A DNA stretch of 64,000 nt from Patescibacteria group bacterium (GTDB lineage: Bacteria; Patescibacteriota; Dojkabacteria; J137), in assembly GCA_963169855.1 (NCBI GenBank), contig CAUJCN010000002.1, positions 581,608 through 645,607 on the forward strand. Reading direction: 5' to 3'. This document shows, piece after piece, positions 28,317 to 38,335 of the stretch; the first letter of the stretch is position 1, and the number at the start of each line of letters is the position of its first letter. The position numbers and the translations under genes are program-made. Under the pieces are notes generated by a model. The model saw nothing but the letters and a program-made list of their open reading frames with translations. It did not search any database and was not told the origin of the DNA.

Positions 28317-28951
28317 TGAACTTACTCTTTTTAGGTCCTTCGGGTAGTGGAAAAGATACCCAGGCTGAATTTCTTGTTGATGAATTTGGCTTTGCTCGCG
28401 TTTCTACAGGAGATTTAATGCGTGATATTTCCGATGGCGAAAAAGAAATGCAGGTAATAATTCGAGACGCAATGAACGAAGGTTTCTTAGCAGATAATTT
28501 TGTTTTTGGTTTGATGCAGATGTATTTATCCCATCTGAAAGCTGATAAAATTATCTTATCCGGCTGTGTAAGAAAAGCTTCTCAGATAGAACTTTTGGAC
28601 TTCACTTTGTTCAAAGTGGGAAAAAAATTAGATAAAGCTGTGTATTTTGAGCTAAGCGACGAGGAAGCTATTAAAAGAATGACGGGCAGATTGTATTGTC
28701 CTAACTGTCATTCAAATTATCATAAGATCTTTAATTCACCAAAGAGGGTGGATATCTGTGATAGCTGTGGAACTAGATTAGAGCAACGAGCGGATGATAA
28801 TACAGATGCAATTAAAAATCGTCTTGCAGATTTCCACAAAGATAACGACGAAATAGTTAGTGAATATGAAAAGCGAGGAATTTTAATTAGAATAGATGCA
28901 GCGGGATCTATAGAAAAAGTACATTCAGAATTACTAGAACAATTAAAATGA
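28316..28951 (+). CDS. adk: Adenylate kinase (Zn-lid)
   Basis: GPSGSGKDTQ, STGDLMR, CxxC...CxxC lid, QRADD. Confidence 0.85.
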   Translation: MNLLFLGPSGSGKDTQAEFLVDEFGFARVSTGDLMRDISDGEKEMQVIIRDAMNEGFLADNFVFGLMQMYLSHLKADKIILSGCVRKASQIELLDFTLFKVGKKLDKAVYFELSDEEAIKRMTGRLYCPNCHSNYHKIFNSPKRVDICDSCGTRLEQRADDNTDAIKNRLADFHKDNDEIVSEYEKRGILIRIDAAGSIEKVHSELLEQLK

Positions 28952-30390
28952 TCACATACAAGTCTTTTATAAAAGCGAGATATTCATTTGGAGGAGCTAC
29001 CGAGTTTGTTCCAGGTTTTGTAATTACCGCAGAAGATATTGCAGATTTAGTTGAATCACATGGATTTATTGATCTTGTAGCAAGTGATGATCCTTTTTCT
29101 CAGACAGCTGTAAATTCCATTCTTGAGAATTCATTAGATGTTAAGTTCGATAATAAAGTTGAAAAAATTTTCAAAGAGTTAGGAAAGGGGGTTTTCATTT
29201 TTAACGGAAATGTAGTTGAAAACATTTTGTCTTACAGAGAATTCTATTCACAGGTAATTAAATTCATATCAGAAATTATTTCTTCAAATACAGAATACCT
29301 TCTAGAGATTAGAAAAGTTATTAATTATGAAGTGCACGGATTTTGCAGAAGAGATAGAACAAATAACCTTTTTGTAATTGAATCAGAATATGGAGCGATG
29401 GATTACAATACTCAATATACTGATACTTACTTCATAAGTCCAAATGGAGAACTGGTTGATTACTATACACAGAATCAACAGACAATCAAAGTTGTAGAAG
29501 GTGCTGCGTACAAATATTTAAAGTTACCAGAGACATTTTCAACTAGAAATAAATTAAATAAAACCAAAATTGAGGAACTAACTTCAATTTTCTCGAGGAA
29601 CAAAGGGTTAAACAATTTCAGTTACGGATACAAATCAGGAAAATTATACCTAGAAGAATTGAATCTAAAAGAAAAACTTCCAATTCCGCAAATTCTCGAA
29701 GACGAAGAAAGAACAGAAGAGCAGGCGGATAATATCCAATTAGCAGCAGAAGTGTATGCATTAATGGACATTTCTAAAACCGAAGAGAAGAAGGTACAGA
29801 AAAATCGATCATTCTATTTTGACATTTTAAAAACTTCAAACGTATTCTCAAATTTACCTTTAATTACCGGAGCAAAAAGATTCCTTCAAATTAAAGATTT
29901 CGATTTTGATGTGAATAATTTGTCGGTTGTAAACAGCAGATTTGGGTTGGAGTTAGAGAAATACTTGGATAATAAACAAATTGATCATTTGGTTTATTCA
30001 GATCTACAGTATAGTTCAGAAAAATTTGCAACGATTTTAGCTTTGGCACAGAGGCATGGATTAATCGGCGAATTCATTACACCTTCAATCTCTATCCCAG
30101 ATCAAAGTTTAGAGGTGAGAGAATTCTATGGAAATCTTGACCAAAAAACCCTCAAACTGAATCTCCAGATTACAGCACCCTCTGTTTTGGGATACGTTAA
30201 AAAATTTGGAATTCCGGTTACTTATAATATAGACAGGCTTATGTTCAACCTCTTCGAAGGTGAAAACAAAGAGGAAGTTAATGATTATTTAGATTTAGAT
30301 ACAGACTATTCACTAATCGTTTCGAGGAGCAATCTAAAACTTTTAGAAAAAAAGGTCGTTGATGGAGCTGGATTTGTAATAATTAAATAA
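28948..30390 (+). CDS. Degenerate PEP synthase/PPDK-like protein
   Basis: VPGFVITA, VIESEYG, TDTYFI, GKLYL resemble the PEP-synthase N-domain; no phospho-His domain recognised. Confidence 0.5.
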   Translation: MITYKSFIKARYSFGGATEFVPGFVITAEDIADLVESHGFIDLVASDDPFSQTAVNSILENSLDVKFDNKVEKIFKELGKGVFIFNGNVVENILSYREFYSQVIKFISEIISSNTEYLLEIRKVINYEVHGFCRRDRTNNLFVIESEYGAMDYNTQYTDTYFISPNGELVDYYTQNQQTIKVVEGAAYKYLKLPETFSTRNKLNKTKIEELTSIFSRNKGLNNFSYGYKSGKLYLEELNLKEKLPIPQILEDEERTEEQADNIQLAAEVYALMDISKTEEKKVQKNRSFYFDILKTSNVFSNLPLITGAKRFLQIKDFDFDVNNLSVVNSRFGLELEKYLDNKQIDHLVYSDLQYSSEKFATILALAQRHGLIGEFITPSISIPDQSLEVREFYGNLDQKTLKLNLQITAPSVLGYVKKFGIPVTYNIDRLMFNLFEGENKEEVNDYLDLDTDYSLIVSRSNLKLLEKKVVDGAGFVIIK

Positions 30391-30458
30391 TTCCTTTCCT
30401 GCACTAGTTATAGTTGCTTTCTAAATGAGGTATAATTTCTCGAATAGAGCTTAACCAT

Positions 30459-32273
30459 ATGTTTGATATAAGAGATTCAATCTTAAAAAGTATAAAAAGT
30501 GCTGTAAAAGAAATCGGAGTAGAAGAGGACTTGGATTTTGTATTGGAAAGACCAAAGGAAGAAAGTCACGGAGACTTCGCTACAAATGTAGCCATGTTGT
30601 TAGCTAAGTCATTAAAAAAGAACCCGTTAAAGATCGCTGAGGACCTAAAAAAGGCTATTGTTCTACCCCCAGTTGTTAAATCTGTAGAAATTGCCGCGCC
30701 AGGTTTTTTAAATTTCGATATTGATGATAGCTATTATCTTCATTTTGTTGTCGAAGTTCTAGAAAAAGGAAATAATTATGGGAGATTAGAATGGGGAAAA
30801 GGGCAGCATTGGTTGATCGAACATACAAGTGCTAATCCTAATAAAGCTATGCACTTTGGACATCTCCGAAACACTGTTCTGGGAATGGCTATCTCAAATC
30901 TGTGGGAAACGGTGGGAGTGGAAGTTACACGAGATTACATCGATAATAATAGAGGGATTTCGATTGCTAAGTTGATGTGGGGATATCTAAAATTTGCTCG
31001 AAAAGATGAAAACGATCCTGTAGACTTACATTTTTGGTTTGAGAATCGAGAGAAATGGAGAACCCCAGAAGAAACTGGAGAAAAACCAGATCATTTTATC
31101 GACAAGCTTTACGCACAGGCTTCTCAAGAATTCGAAAAAGATAAGGATGTTGAACAATTTGTAAGGCAACTTGTAATTGATTGGGAAAATGAAGATCAGG
31201 AAAACTGGGAACTCTGGAGATTAGTAATGAATTATTCTCACGAAGGATTACGACAAACACTAGAACGTTTGGGCGGAGTAGTCGATCAATATTGGTATGA
31301 ACACGAGATTTATAAACAAGGTAAGGCAATTGTAGATGAAGGATTAGAAAAAGGAATTTTCAAAAAATTGAAAGATGGAGCAGTTCTGACTGACTTGAAG
31401 GATTATAAACTGCCAGACACGATAGTTCTCAAAAAAGATGGTACTTCTCTGTATATAACTCAGGACTTAGCGTTGACTAGATTAAAGAAGGAGACTTTCA
31501 AACCAGACAAAATGCACTGGGTTGTAGGTCCAGATCAGAACTTAGCTTTACGACAAGTTTTCGCTGTAAGTGAACAATTTGGAGTTGCACCGTTTGATAG
31601 TTTTGTTCATATATCATTCGGGTATGTAACAATTAAAGGCTCGGGAAAAATGAGTTCAAGAAAGGGAAATGTAGTTTACATAGACGATCTTCTTGATCAA
31701 GCTAAGGAAGAAGTAAAGTCTAGACTTAATGATAAAGAATTTACCGAAGAAGAAAAGGACTTAATTTCTGAAAATATTGGAACGGGATCCGTAAAATACA
31801 GCATTCTAAAGCTTGGACGAACTACTGATTTGGAATATGATTTCGAAACATCGCTTTCATTCGATGGGGATTCTGCACCGTATATTATGTATACAATTGT
31901 TAGGGGAACTAATATTGTTAAACAGTACGAATCTTTTGGGGAAGCTTTGTCAGTTCTTGCAGCAGATGAAGAAATTTCTGAAGAATTACTAAAAACTCAT
32001 CTAATTAAAGAAGAAGAAATAGACATCGCAAAGCATTTGTATAAATACGAAGATGTTCTTTTGGAAGCTGCTGAAGGGTACGCACCAAATTTACTTTGTT
32101 TGTATCTTTATGAGCTTGCTCAGAAATACAATAAATTCTATAACAACGTTGATATTCTTACTTCAGCAACAGAAGATCTAAAAAAGAGTAGAGTTGCATT
32201 AACTCATGCTGTAGTTACAGTTTTATCAAACGGATTAAAGATTCTTGGAATTACTCCTGTAGAGAAGATGTAA
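30459..32273 (+). CDS. argS: Arginine--tRNA ligase
   Basis: HGDFATN, SANPNKAMHFGH, KMSSRKG, GDSAPY, C-terminal EKM. Confidence 0.96.
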   Translation: MFDIRDSILKSIKSAVKEIGVEEDLDFVLERPKEESHGDFATNVAMLLAKSLKKNPLKIAEDLKKAIVLPPVVKSVEIAAPGFLNFDIDDSYYLHFVVEVLEKGNNYGRLEWGKGQHWLIEHTSANPNKAMHFGHLRNTVLGMAISNLWETVGVEVTRDYIDNNRGISIAKLMWGYLKFARKDENDPVDLHFWFENREKWRTPEETGEKPDHFIDKLYAQASQEFEKDKDVEQFVRQLVIDWENEDQENWELWRLVMNYSHEGLRQTLERLGGVVDQYWYEHEIYKQGKAIVDEGLEKGIFKKLKDGAVLTDLKDYKLPDTIVLKKDGTSLYITQDLALTRLKKETFKPDKMHWVVGPDQNLALRQVFAVSEQFGVAPFDSFVHISFGYVTIKGSGKMSSRKGNVVYIDDLLDQAKEEVKSRLNDKEFTEEEKDLISENIGTGSVKYSILKLGRTTDLEYDFETSLSFDGDSAPYIMYTIVRGTNIVKQYESFGEALSVLAADEEISEELLKTHLIKEEEIDIAKHLYKYEDVLLEAAEGYAPNLLCLYLYELAQKYNKFYNNVDILTSATEDLKKSRVALTHAVVTVLSNGLKILGITPVEKM

Positions 32274-32275
32274 TT

Positions 32276-32349
32276 GTCACATTGAGCTGTGAGCAAAGCG
32301 AACTAGTCGAAATGTATACAATGTCTTTCTCGACAAGCTCGAAATGACA
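32276..32349 (+). mobile_element. Non-autonomous REPIN/MITE-like element made of the two ends of the GIY-YIG element
   Basis: 32324-32349 is the exact reverse complement of 49863-49888; the left part matches the reverse complement of 50228-50251 with a ~15-nt insert. Confidence 0.75.
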
Positions 32350-32355
32350 TTTCCC

Positions 32356-33588
32356 TTAAGCTTCAATTTTGTCTCCAATCACTGATTTTTCAGCAAACAG
32401 GTATTTCAGCAACAAAGTAGTAATTACGAAGAATAGATATAGATTTGCTACAGAATACTCGTTAACTACAGTTTTGAGAACGAATACTGTAAACATTAAG
32501 AACAAGAAGAATATTTTTCTATCTTCAAAAATCTTATTCCACATTTTTACAAAAATTCCCACAAGTGCAATTATTCCTGCCAAACCAAAAGCACCAAGTT
32601 GCAACAGAAAATCCAGAATAATGTTGTGAGCTCTATCCACATTCAATCCTGGGAATAATCCATAATGTTGGAAAACTGTATTTACATTATCGAATCCGAA
32701 ACCCAATGCTTTGTTCTGTAGGGGCGCTTCCCATAATGCAATTATAGATTTCTTCCAGATGTCGATATGCATTTCGTATTCAGGATAAATCAACGAACCT
32801 ACAAACATCAAAGGAATCAATAAAACATAAAAAAGGATAAGTGATAATTTCAACAATCTTTTAAAATGTAGTTCGAAGAGTAAAATCCAAATTACAGTAA
32901 CAAATAAGGTTAAAATTCCCCACCTAGAAAGTGATAAGAAAATTCCTAACGCCATCAAAACAACAATACTTGCGTGACTTAATTTAAATGCTAATTCAAT
33001 CTTTCTTCCCAAGAAATATGCGGAAGTTATTAGCCCAAAAAGTAACAGAGTAGAGAAAAAGTTTGTTTGGCCAAAAAAACCGTTAACATAAAGTCCTAAT
33101 GAAAATTTTTCTGGATCAGAAATTAATTCTCTGAATTGCAATAATCCACGGAAAGCGTTCATTACAGCGGCGAATAAAATTCCAAACAATAACCAGTTAA
33201 AGTATTTATTCTGAAAAGTTTTAAATACGAAAACTAAGGAAATTGCGATTGGAAGATAAAGTAGTAGACCTTGATGTCTAAAGAAATTTCCAAACAATGT
33301 AATCCGCGGATCGATCGAAACTAACAAACTTAAAATCATTCCAACTCCAAGAACAGAAGCAATTATTCTTCCCCACTTACCTAGTATCTGATTTCTGTAT
33401 TCAAGAATTAGTCCTAAGAAAATAATCCCAATAGACGCAAGTCTGATAACTTCTACTTTAGGAAATTCAAAACCAGTTCCATTGAACAAATTTGCAGGAT
33501 CGACAATTAAAGATGAAATTACAACAGCAAAAATTGTAGCTAACGAAATAAAATCTTCGAGAGTGTGTTTCTTTAAAAAGTTGACCAT
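32356..33588 (-). CDS. O-antigen ligase (Wzy_C) family protein
   Basis: Polytopic; GFFGQTN, SLSRWG, GFGFD, DRAHNIILD. Confidence 0.8.
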   Translation of the reverse strand: MVNFLKKHTLEDFISLATIFAVVISSLIVDPANLFNGTGFEFPKVEVIRLASIGIIFLGLILEYRNQILGKWGRIIASVLGVGMILSLLVSIDPRITLFGNFFRHQGLLLYLPIAISLVFVFKTFQNKYFNWLLFGILFAAVMNAFRGLLQFRELISDPEKFSLGLYVNGFFGQTNFFSTLLLFGLITSAYFLGRKIELAFKLSHASIVVLMALGIFLSLSRWGILTLFVTVIWILLFELHFKRLLKLSLILFYVLLIPLMFVGSLIYPEYEMHIDIWKKSIIALWEAPLQNKALGFGFDNVNTVFQHYGLFPGLNVDRAHNIILDFLLQLGAFGLAGIIALVGIFVKMWNKIFEDRKIFFLFLMFTVFVLKTVVNEYSVANLYLFFVITTLLLKYLFAEKSVIGDKIEA

Positions 33589-33983
33589 TAATTTAATTTG
33601 AATTTATTTCTAATCTCATCGGCTTTATCGAAATCTAAACTTCCACTAATTGAGCCTAGCATTTTAGTATATTCCTCATTCTCTTTTGGAAAAATATGAA
33701 TGTGAGCATAAGGAACGCCTTCTCCATGAATGAAAGAATAAACGACATCTTGTCCTGTGACAGTCTTAAAATGATTGGCTATTTGTTTACATGCAGACAT
33801 CAACTCATCAATTTCTTCTACATCCCAAACCCAACGTGCGAACTTCTTAGGAATTACTAATGTGTGTCCTTCTGTGACTGGTTTAACATCAAGAAATGCA
33901 AGTACGTGTTCGTTTTCGAAAATCTTGAAACAGGGAATTTCACCTCTTAAAATTTTAGAAAATATATCATCTCTTTGATCCAT
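33588..33983 (-). CDS. HIT family protein
   Basis: IFSKILRGEIP, AFLDVKP, GHTLVIPK, VPYAHIH. Confidence 0.9.
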   Translation of the reverse strand: MDQRDDIFSKILRGEIPCFKIFENEHVLAFLDVKPVTEGHTLVIPKKFARWVWDVEEIDELMSACKQIANHFKTVTGQDVVYSFIHGEGVPYAHIHIFPKENEEYTKMLGSISGSLDFDKADEIRNKFKLN

Positions 33984-34021
33984 ACAGTAGTTTTAACTAT
34001 CTGATTTTACTATCTTAGAGA

Positions 34022-35044
34022 TTATCTATCCAGTCGTGGAGTGGTAGCGAGAATGAAGGAATAAGTTCTATGGAATTCGCTAATTAAGTGCTGTCGTTGT
34101 TCGTCTGAAATGTATTCTTTCGCATAAAAATCAAGAAGAATATTTGTTATAACATTCCTTGTCGTGCCAAATTCTCTTTTACTTTTTTCTATAAATTTGC
34201 TTTGAGTCAGGTGAAATTCAAAGCTATCTAAGTCTACAAGGTGACCTGTCATAGTAATATTGTGTGAACTTATGCAACCATGTATAGCTCCTTGTGCGTG
34301 AAGGATTCCTAATTGACTTGCAGTGTTGTAACAAAGAGCGGATAAATAACTGAATACGGGTTGAGCAGGATCAGTTTCTAAATTATGTTTTGCTGCGATT
34401 TGAGTGATATAGTTTGTTGGGTCTTGAGTTTCTGTAAGGTCTTCAAGATCTTCGATTCTGTGGGCACAAGGAAGTAGTCTAAGCACAATAACAAATTCTG
34501 CTGTACTTCTGTAATCTTCAACTCTATCCTCTTCGGCTTTGAGAGTTTCTCTGTCAGCTTTCATAAAACTACTTCGACTAAGTACGGGAACTCTGTAGGC
34601 AAATTCTGATTGTGGAATAGATTCAGAATTTAAAGGTATATTCTTTGGTTTTACAATCAGCAAGGGGATCTCGGTTACGAATCCAGGGATTCTTTTGCAC
34701 AGATCGTAGTTTGCAATCACGTACTCAACATCTTCAAGTGTTTCGAATCCCATCATTTTAATTGATCCATCTTTTGGATCTACTCGTAATCTTGGTTCTG
34801 TAAGGTCGTTTCCTTTTATATTTAAATCATAGGTAATACCTGAAAGTGAAACTTGAACAGGGTAAGTGGAAGATCTTGTATGTCGACCAGAAAGTTTGAT
34901 GTAATTTGAAGTCTCTCCGGAATTCCAAGAAAGAAATCTGCTTAAGTCGTCGATTTTTATCCCAAGCTCCTCGTTGAAATAGATTCCAGTATAGTCGCTA
35001 GGTGAAAGAACATCTAAATTGTTAGTGTCTAGAGATAAGTCCAG
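34022..35044 (-). CDS. SelO/kinase-fold-like protein; frame open to 35047, possible CTG start
   Basis: Upstream extension has GRHTRS...DLNIKG; downstream LHAQGAIHG..SHNI..LVDLD. Confidence 0.5.
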   Translation of the reverse strand: MDLSLDTNNLDVLSPSDYTGIYFNEELGIKIDDLSRFLSWNSGETSNYIKLSGRHTRSSTYPVQVSLSGITYDLNIKGNDLTEPRLRVDPKDGSIKMMGFETLEDVEYVIANYDLCKRIPGFVTEIPLLIVKPKNIPLNSESIPQSEFAYRVPVLSRSSFMKADRETLKAEEDRVEDYRSTAEFVIVLRLLPCAHRIEDLEDLTETQDPTNYITQIAAKHNLETDPAQPVFSYLSALCYNTASQLGILHAQGAIHGCISSHNITMTGHLVDLDSFEFHLTQSKFIEKSKREFGTTRNVITNILLDFYAKEYISDEQRQHLISEFHRTYSFILATTPRLDR

Positions 35045-35096
35045 AAATTATATATATAACAGATATGTTATTATACCATCACAAACGATTAAATGA

Positions 35097-35118
35097 ATAC
35101 CCTCCCGAAGGAGGGTGT
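35097..35118 (-). terminator. Hairpin after the DUF711-like gene
   Basis: ATACCCTCC-CGAA-GGAGGGTGT. Confidence 0.65.
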
Positions 35119-35121
35119 TAA

Positions 35122-36129
35122 TCACAGGTGTCTTATTGAAACATCGTAAAGATAAGAATTCTTGAGCTCTGTTTTTTCTCCAATCTTTGACTTTCCATCA
35201 CTCACGAATCTAGCTGAAAGGGGCTTTTTGTATTTATTCGACAATACTTGAATCAATTTCAGAATCTCAACAAGTCTTTTCGGATCCTCATCGATTCCAA
35301 TCGGATAGGTATCGATTCCTAAACCCGAATGCAAGGAAACATAGATATTACGTTCAATACTGAAATTCCCTTTTTCGTACTCTTCAGCAAGCTCAAAATC
35401 TTCTAAGCAAGGCATCATAATTCCGCATAAACCTATTGGTTTTGGATTTTGAGACTTTATAAATTTTGTAATTTGAGTATAAAAATCTGTTGTGAAAGAG
35501 TTGTCGTAACTGCTGCACATTCTTTTAACAATATTTACTAAACTTGAATCTCCTTGATAAAGTGGTGCAATAGAGGAATCAATTCCTAAGAAATCTGGCT
35601 CGTCTTTCAAAATTTCACAGATTTCTGTCCAAACATTCTTCATATTCTGAAACCATTGCTGCAAATTAGTGCAACCTTCTGCCAAATCTGTTGGTTGCAA
35701 TCCAATGGCGAAACCTTCTTTCTCATAGTTTGCTGAAGGAAAATAAGGACTCGAGTTTGCATTGTTGAAAACATAAGTGAATCCAAATGTTTTTGCAGGA
35801 TTCTTTTGAATAATGTCAAACAAAACTTTCACAGTAGCTAAAGTTATTTCTTCGTGACCAAGTTCAATGTTACAAGCTAAATTCTCTGAATTTACAAACT
35901 TTTCGAGATTCTGATTCATCCACTCTAAAGTTACTGTTCCAATTGAATGCATTGAGGAACTTTCGAGGGATTTCAATAAATCAAGCTGATCTGTCGTGGA
36001 GCAGATTCGTGTTGTCTGAATTTCGTAACCATTTCTCTTCAGTAAAGATGTAAGATCTGAGAGCTTGGAAAGAGTTAACTTATTAGGATTTTTTGTGAAG
36101 TAACAAATACTTCGAATGGTTTTTTTCAT
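35122..36129 (-). CDS. DUF711-family protein
   Basis: IRSI, QTTRI, SPYFP, GIDSSIAP, GLCGIMMP.LED, GLGIDT, KPLSAR. Confidence 0.75.
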   Translation of the reverse strand: MKKTIRSICYFTKNPNKLTLSKLSDLTSLLKRNGYEIQTTRICSTTDQLDLLKSLESSSMHSIGTVTLEWMNQNLEKFVNSENLACNIELGHEEITLATVKVLFDIIQKNPAKTFGFTYVFNNANSSPYFPSANYEKEGFAIGLQPTDLAEGCTNLQQWFQNMKNVWTEICEILKDEPDFLGIDSSIAPLYQGDSSLVNIVKRMCSSYDNSFTTDFYTQITKFIKSQNPKPIGLCGIMMPCLEDFELAEEYEKGNFSIERNIYVSLHSGLGIDTYPIGIDEDPKRLVEILKLIQVLSNKYKKPLSARFVSDGKSKIGEKTELKNSYLYDVSIRHL

Positions 36130-36290
36130 ATAAAATAAGGTCTAGAAAAATAAATTAATCTGAGAAACCTTTTTTAGTAGAAATATTTATATGAAACCAT
36201 ATCGGAATTGTAGTACGGTAAGGAGATTTTGTCAAAATATCGTTCACGGTCCGGTCTTTTGGTGGTAAAATCTGGCGATTAAATTTAGTC

Positions 36291-37088
36291 ATGGAAAATA
36301 AACCTGGAGAAGCAGTAAAGAGCGGCATGTCCCCTGCGTTCGGAGCATTATTAGTAATAGGAAGGTTCAAAATTAATACACCAACAAGCTGGCACTGGCA
36401 GGCATTGCTTCAAGCTGTCGTAAATTTTGGCGAAAGTTTTGGAAGCTTAGCTCCATGGCAAGAGAATCTGAAGGGACTCCTAGCAAATGTTTACCGCGAT
36501 CATGAATATCTGCTCTCAGATCATAAAAATCGGTTGAAAACTCAACTTTATGCAAAAGATAGTAAACTTAGCAAAAGACAGCGTTCTATACTTCTAGAAC
36601 TTTACGATACATATGTCTTGCTTATTAAGGCTAGAAGAGATTATTTACTACGAGAAGCGGAAGTTACTGATAAGGCATCAGTAGAGTATCTGGCAGGTAT
36701 TTTAATGGAGCTAACAGAATGTGCAATTACGCTCGAGACCCGAGATGGTTCGGAATTCGAAAGAATGTTCACTCTTCTCGTAAAGTACAAGCTGGCCGCA
36801 GATATTCTAAAGATTCCTGATAGAGAATCATTGCACATTCTTTCTACAGCAATAATAACCGCACATGAACAAGACTTGGGTGGCATTAAGTACCACAATA
36901 CGTATATAAGCAAGAGATTGAGGGAAAAAGAAATTGCATTCTATCAAGTACGAAAAACAGATCCAAAATTCCCCAAGTCAGCTTCGGAAAGAGAAATTTA
37001 CTTGTTGAAGTTTTTAGATAACGCATTTCAATATGCTGCGATTCAAGCAAAGCAGTTAAAGAGACAGTCAGAAGCATCGGAACTATAA
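36291..37088 (+). CDS. Hypothetical helical protein
   Basis: 265-aa ORF; no family recognised. Confidence 0.55.
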   Translation: MENKPGEAVKSGMSPAFGALLVIGRFKINTPTSWHWQALLQAVVNFGESFGSLAPWQENLKGLLANVYRDHEYLLSDHKNRLKTQLYAKDSKLSKRQRSILLELYDTYVLLIKARRDYLLREAEVTDKASVEYLAGILMELTECAITLETRDGSEFERMFTLLVKYKLAADILKIPDRESLHILSTAIITAHEQDLGGIKYHNTYISKRLREKEIAFYQVRKTDPKFPKSASEREIYLLKFLDNAFQYAAIQAKQLKRQSEASEL

Positions 37089-37158
37089 GCAGAAGAGAGT
37101 GTGGAACATAACACGACATTGAATGTCTGTTGTATAATCCTGTACTTAAACAAAATTT

Positions 37159-37680
37159 ATGGAAGCACAAACAAAACAGATCCCTTGGGATGTAGCTACG
37201 GGTTTAGCTAATACACCAGAGCTTTTACCAGTAATGGATCAGTTCACGGAAGATATAAACGCCTTGTTCGATAGCTTCTTGTCTAGCGTCCTTTACGATG
37301 ACATGCTTGCATATGATGGGAGTTACAGATTTAACTGTGTAGTTGAAATGTGTAAATTCATGTATGAAGGTAAAGATCAGATGACTGCTGAAGAGTTAGC
37401 CACTTTGAATTTGTTTATTGATGCTATGGAAGTTGCTTTTTTCCTTTGGTTAACAAGGACTGACCCTACAAGACTAATTAGATACATGTATCATGCTAAC
37501 GAAGGTCGAAGAGAATCGTATATTGCTAATCATTTGGAACAGGTTGTTACAGGAAGTGCGAAAATTAATTTCGAAATAATAGGAGTTACCGAGAATGTTA
37601 GACTTTGCTTCTTCTACCTGGTGGATTATTTGTTCATAAAGTTTACTTCGATCCATCCAGAATTTCCGGACAAAGTTTAA
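37159..37680 (+). CDS. Hypothetical protein
   Basis: 173-aa ORF with TATAAT upstream. Confidence 0.55.
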   Translation: MEAQTKQIPWDVATGLANTPELLPVMDQFTEDINALFDSFLSSVLYDDMLAYDGSYRFNCVVEMCKFMYEGKDQMTAEELATLNLFIDAMEVAFFLWLTRTDPTRLIRYMYHANEGRRESYIANHLEQVVTGSAKINFEIIGVTENVRLCFFYLVDYLFIKFTSIHPEFPDKV

Positions 37681-37949
37681 GGCTTCTTAGGTGTTTCTTT
37701 TGAATCTCCCCATCTCCATTTTGCAGGTTCGCCTTTTAAATAAGCAACAAGCACCAATAAGCCAGAGACAACAATCACAACTGGAATATATACAAGAGTG
37801 AATTCTGCATCACTGTTGGTCAGACTTGCAATAATCGGAACCGGTATAAACATAAGCACGAAAAACACTGCAAGTATTAGCCATCCTTCCCAAGATGCTG
37901 GATACCAACCATAGCCGTATCTTTTAGCTTTAAACCAAATCTTATTCAT
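37677..37949 (-). CDS. Small two-TM conserved membrane protein
   Basis: WFKAKRYGYGWYPASWEGW...KWRWG; TATAAT 6 nt before ATG 37949. Confidence 0.75.
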   Translation of the reverse strand: MNKIWFKAKRYGYGWYPASWEGWLILAVFFVLMFIPVPIIASLTNSDAEFTLVYIPVVIVVSGLLVLVAYLKGEPAKWRWGDSKETPKKP

Positions 37950-37986
37950 ACATATATTATAACCCTGTTGTTGTATAATTCCCATA

Positions 37987-38078
37987 TGGAGGTTGGCTGC
38001 TCGATAAGGTCAAGTTGAGACGAACGAAGTAAAGTCGATACTTATGACCACATTAGTCCTCTTGGAGGAAGCGGTCTA
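37987..38078 (+). pseudogene. Duplicated 5' fragment of tRNA-Ser interrupted by 70-nt hairpin insert
   Basis: TGGAGG-TTGGCTG[70 nt]AGCGGTCTA vs tRNA TGGAGGGTTGGCTGAGCGGTCTA. Confidence 0.55.
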
Positions 38079-38123
38079 CTGTCTATGGTACAAAAGTAAT
38101 TAGAATGCATTGATTATGTTAGT

Positions 38124-38210
38124 GGAGGGTTGGCTGAGCGGTCTAAAGCACTTGCCTCGAAAACAAGCGGGAGCAATCCCTCGCAGGTTCGAATCCTGTG
38201 CCCTCCGCCA
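38124..38210 (+). tRNA. tRNA-Ser(CGA)
   Basis: Cloverleaf; acceptor GGAGGGT/GCCCTCC; loop CTCGAAA; long variable arm; GGTTCGAATCC; encoded CCA. Confidence 0.95.
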
Positions 38211-38335
38211 AACTACGCTAAAGCTTCGGTTGGCTTCGCATTTTACTTCACAAGATCTGCGAAAATGTTCTGCGATTTTTATATTCTCGCCAAAGCAGAA
38301 AGTAATGATAAGAAGTTACTAGCCCAAGAAGATAA

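Noticed and set aside
37988-38078. SRP RNA candidate (GGAAGCGG)
   Set aside because: Lacks the SRP helix-8 CAGG/GNRA/AGCAG arrangement; better explained as a split tRNA-Ser fragment
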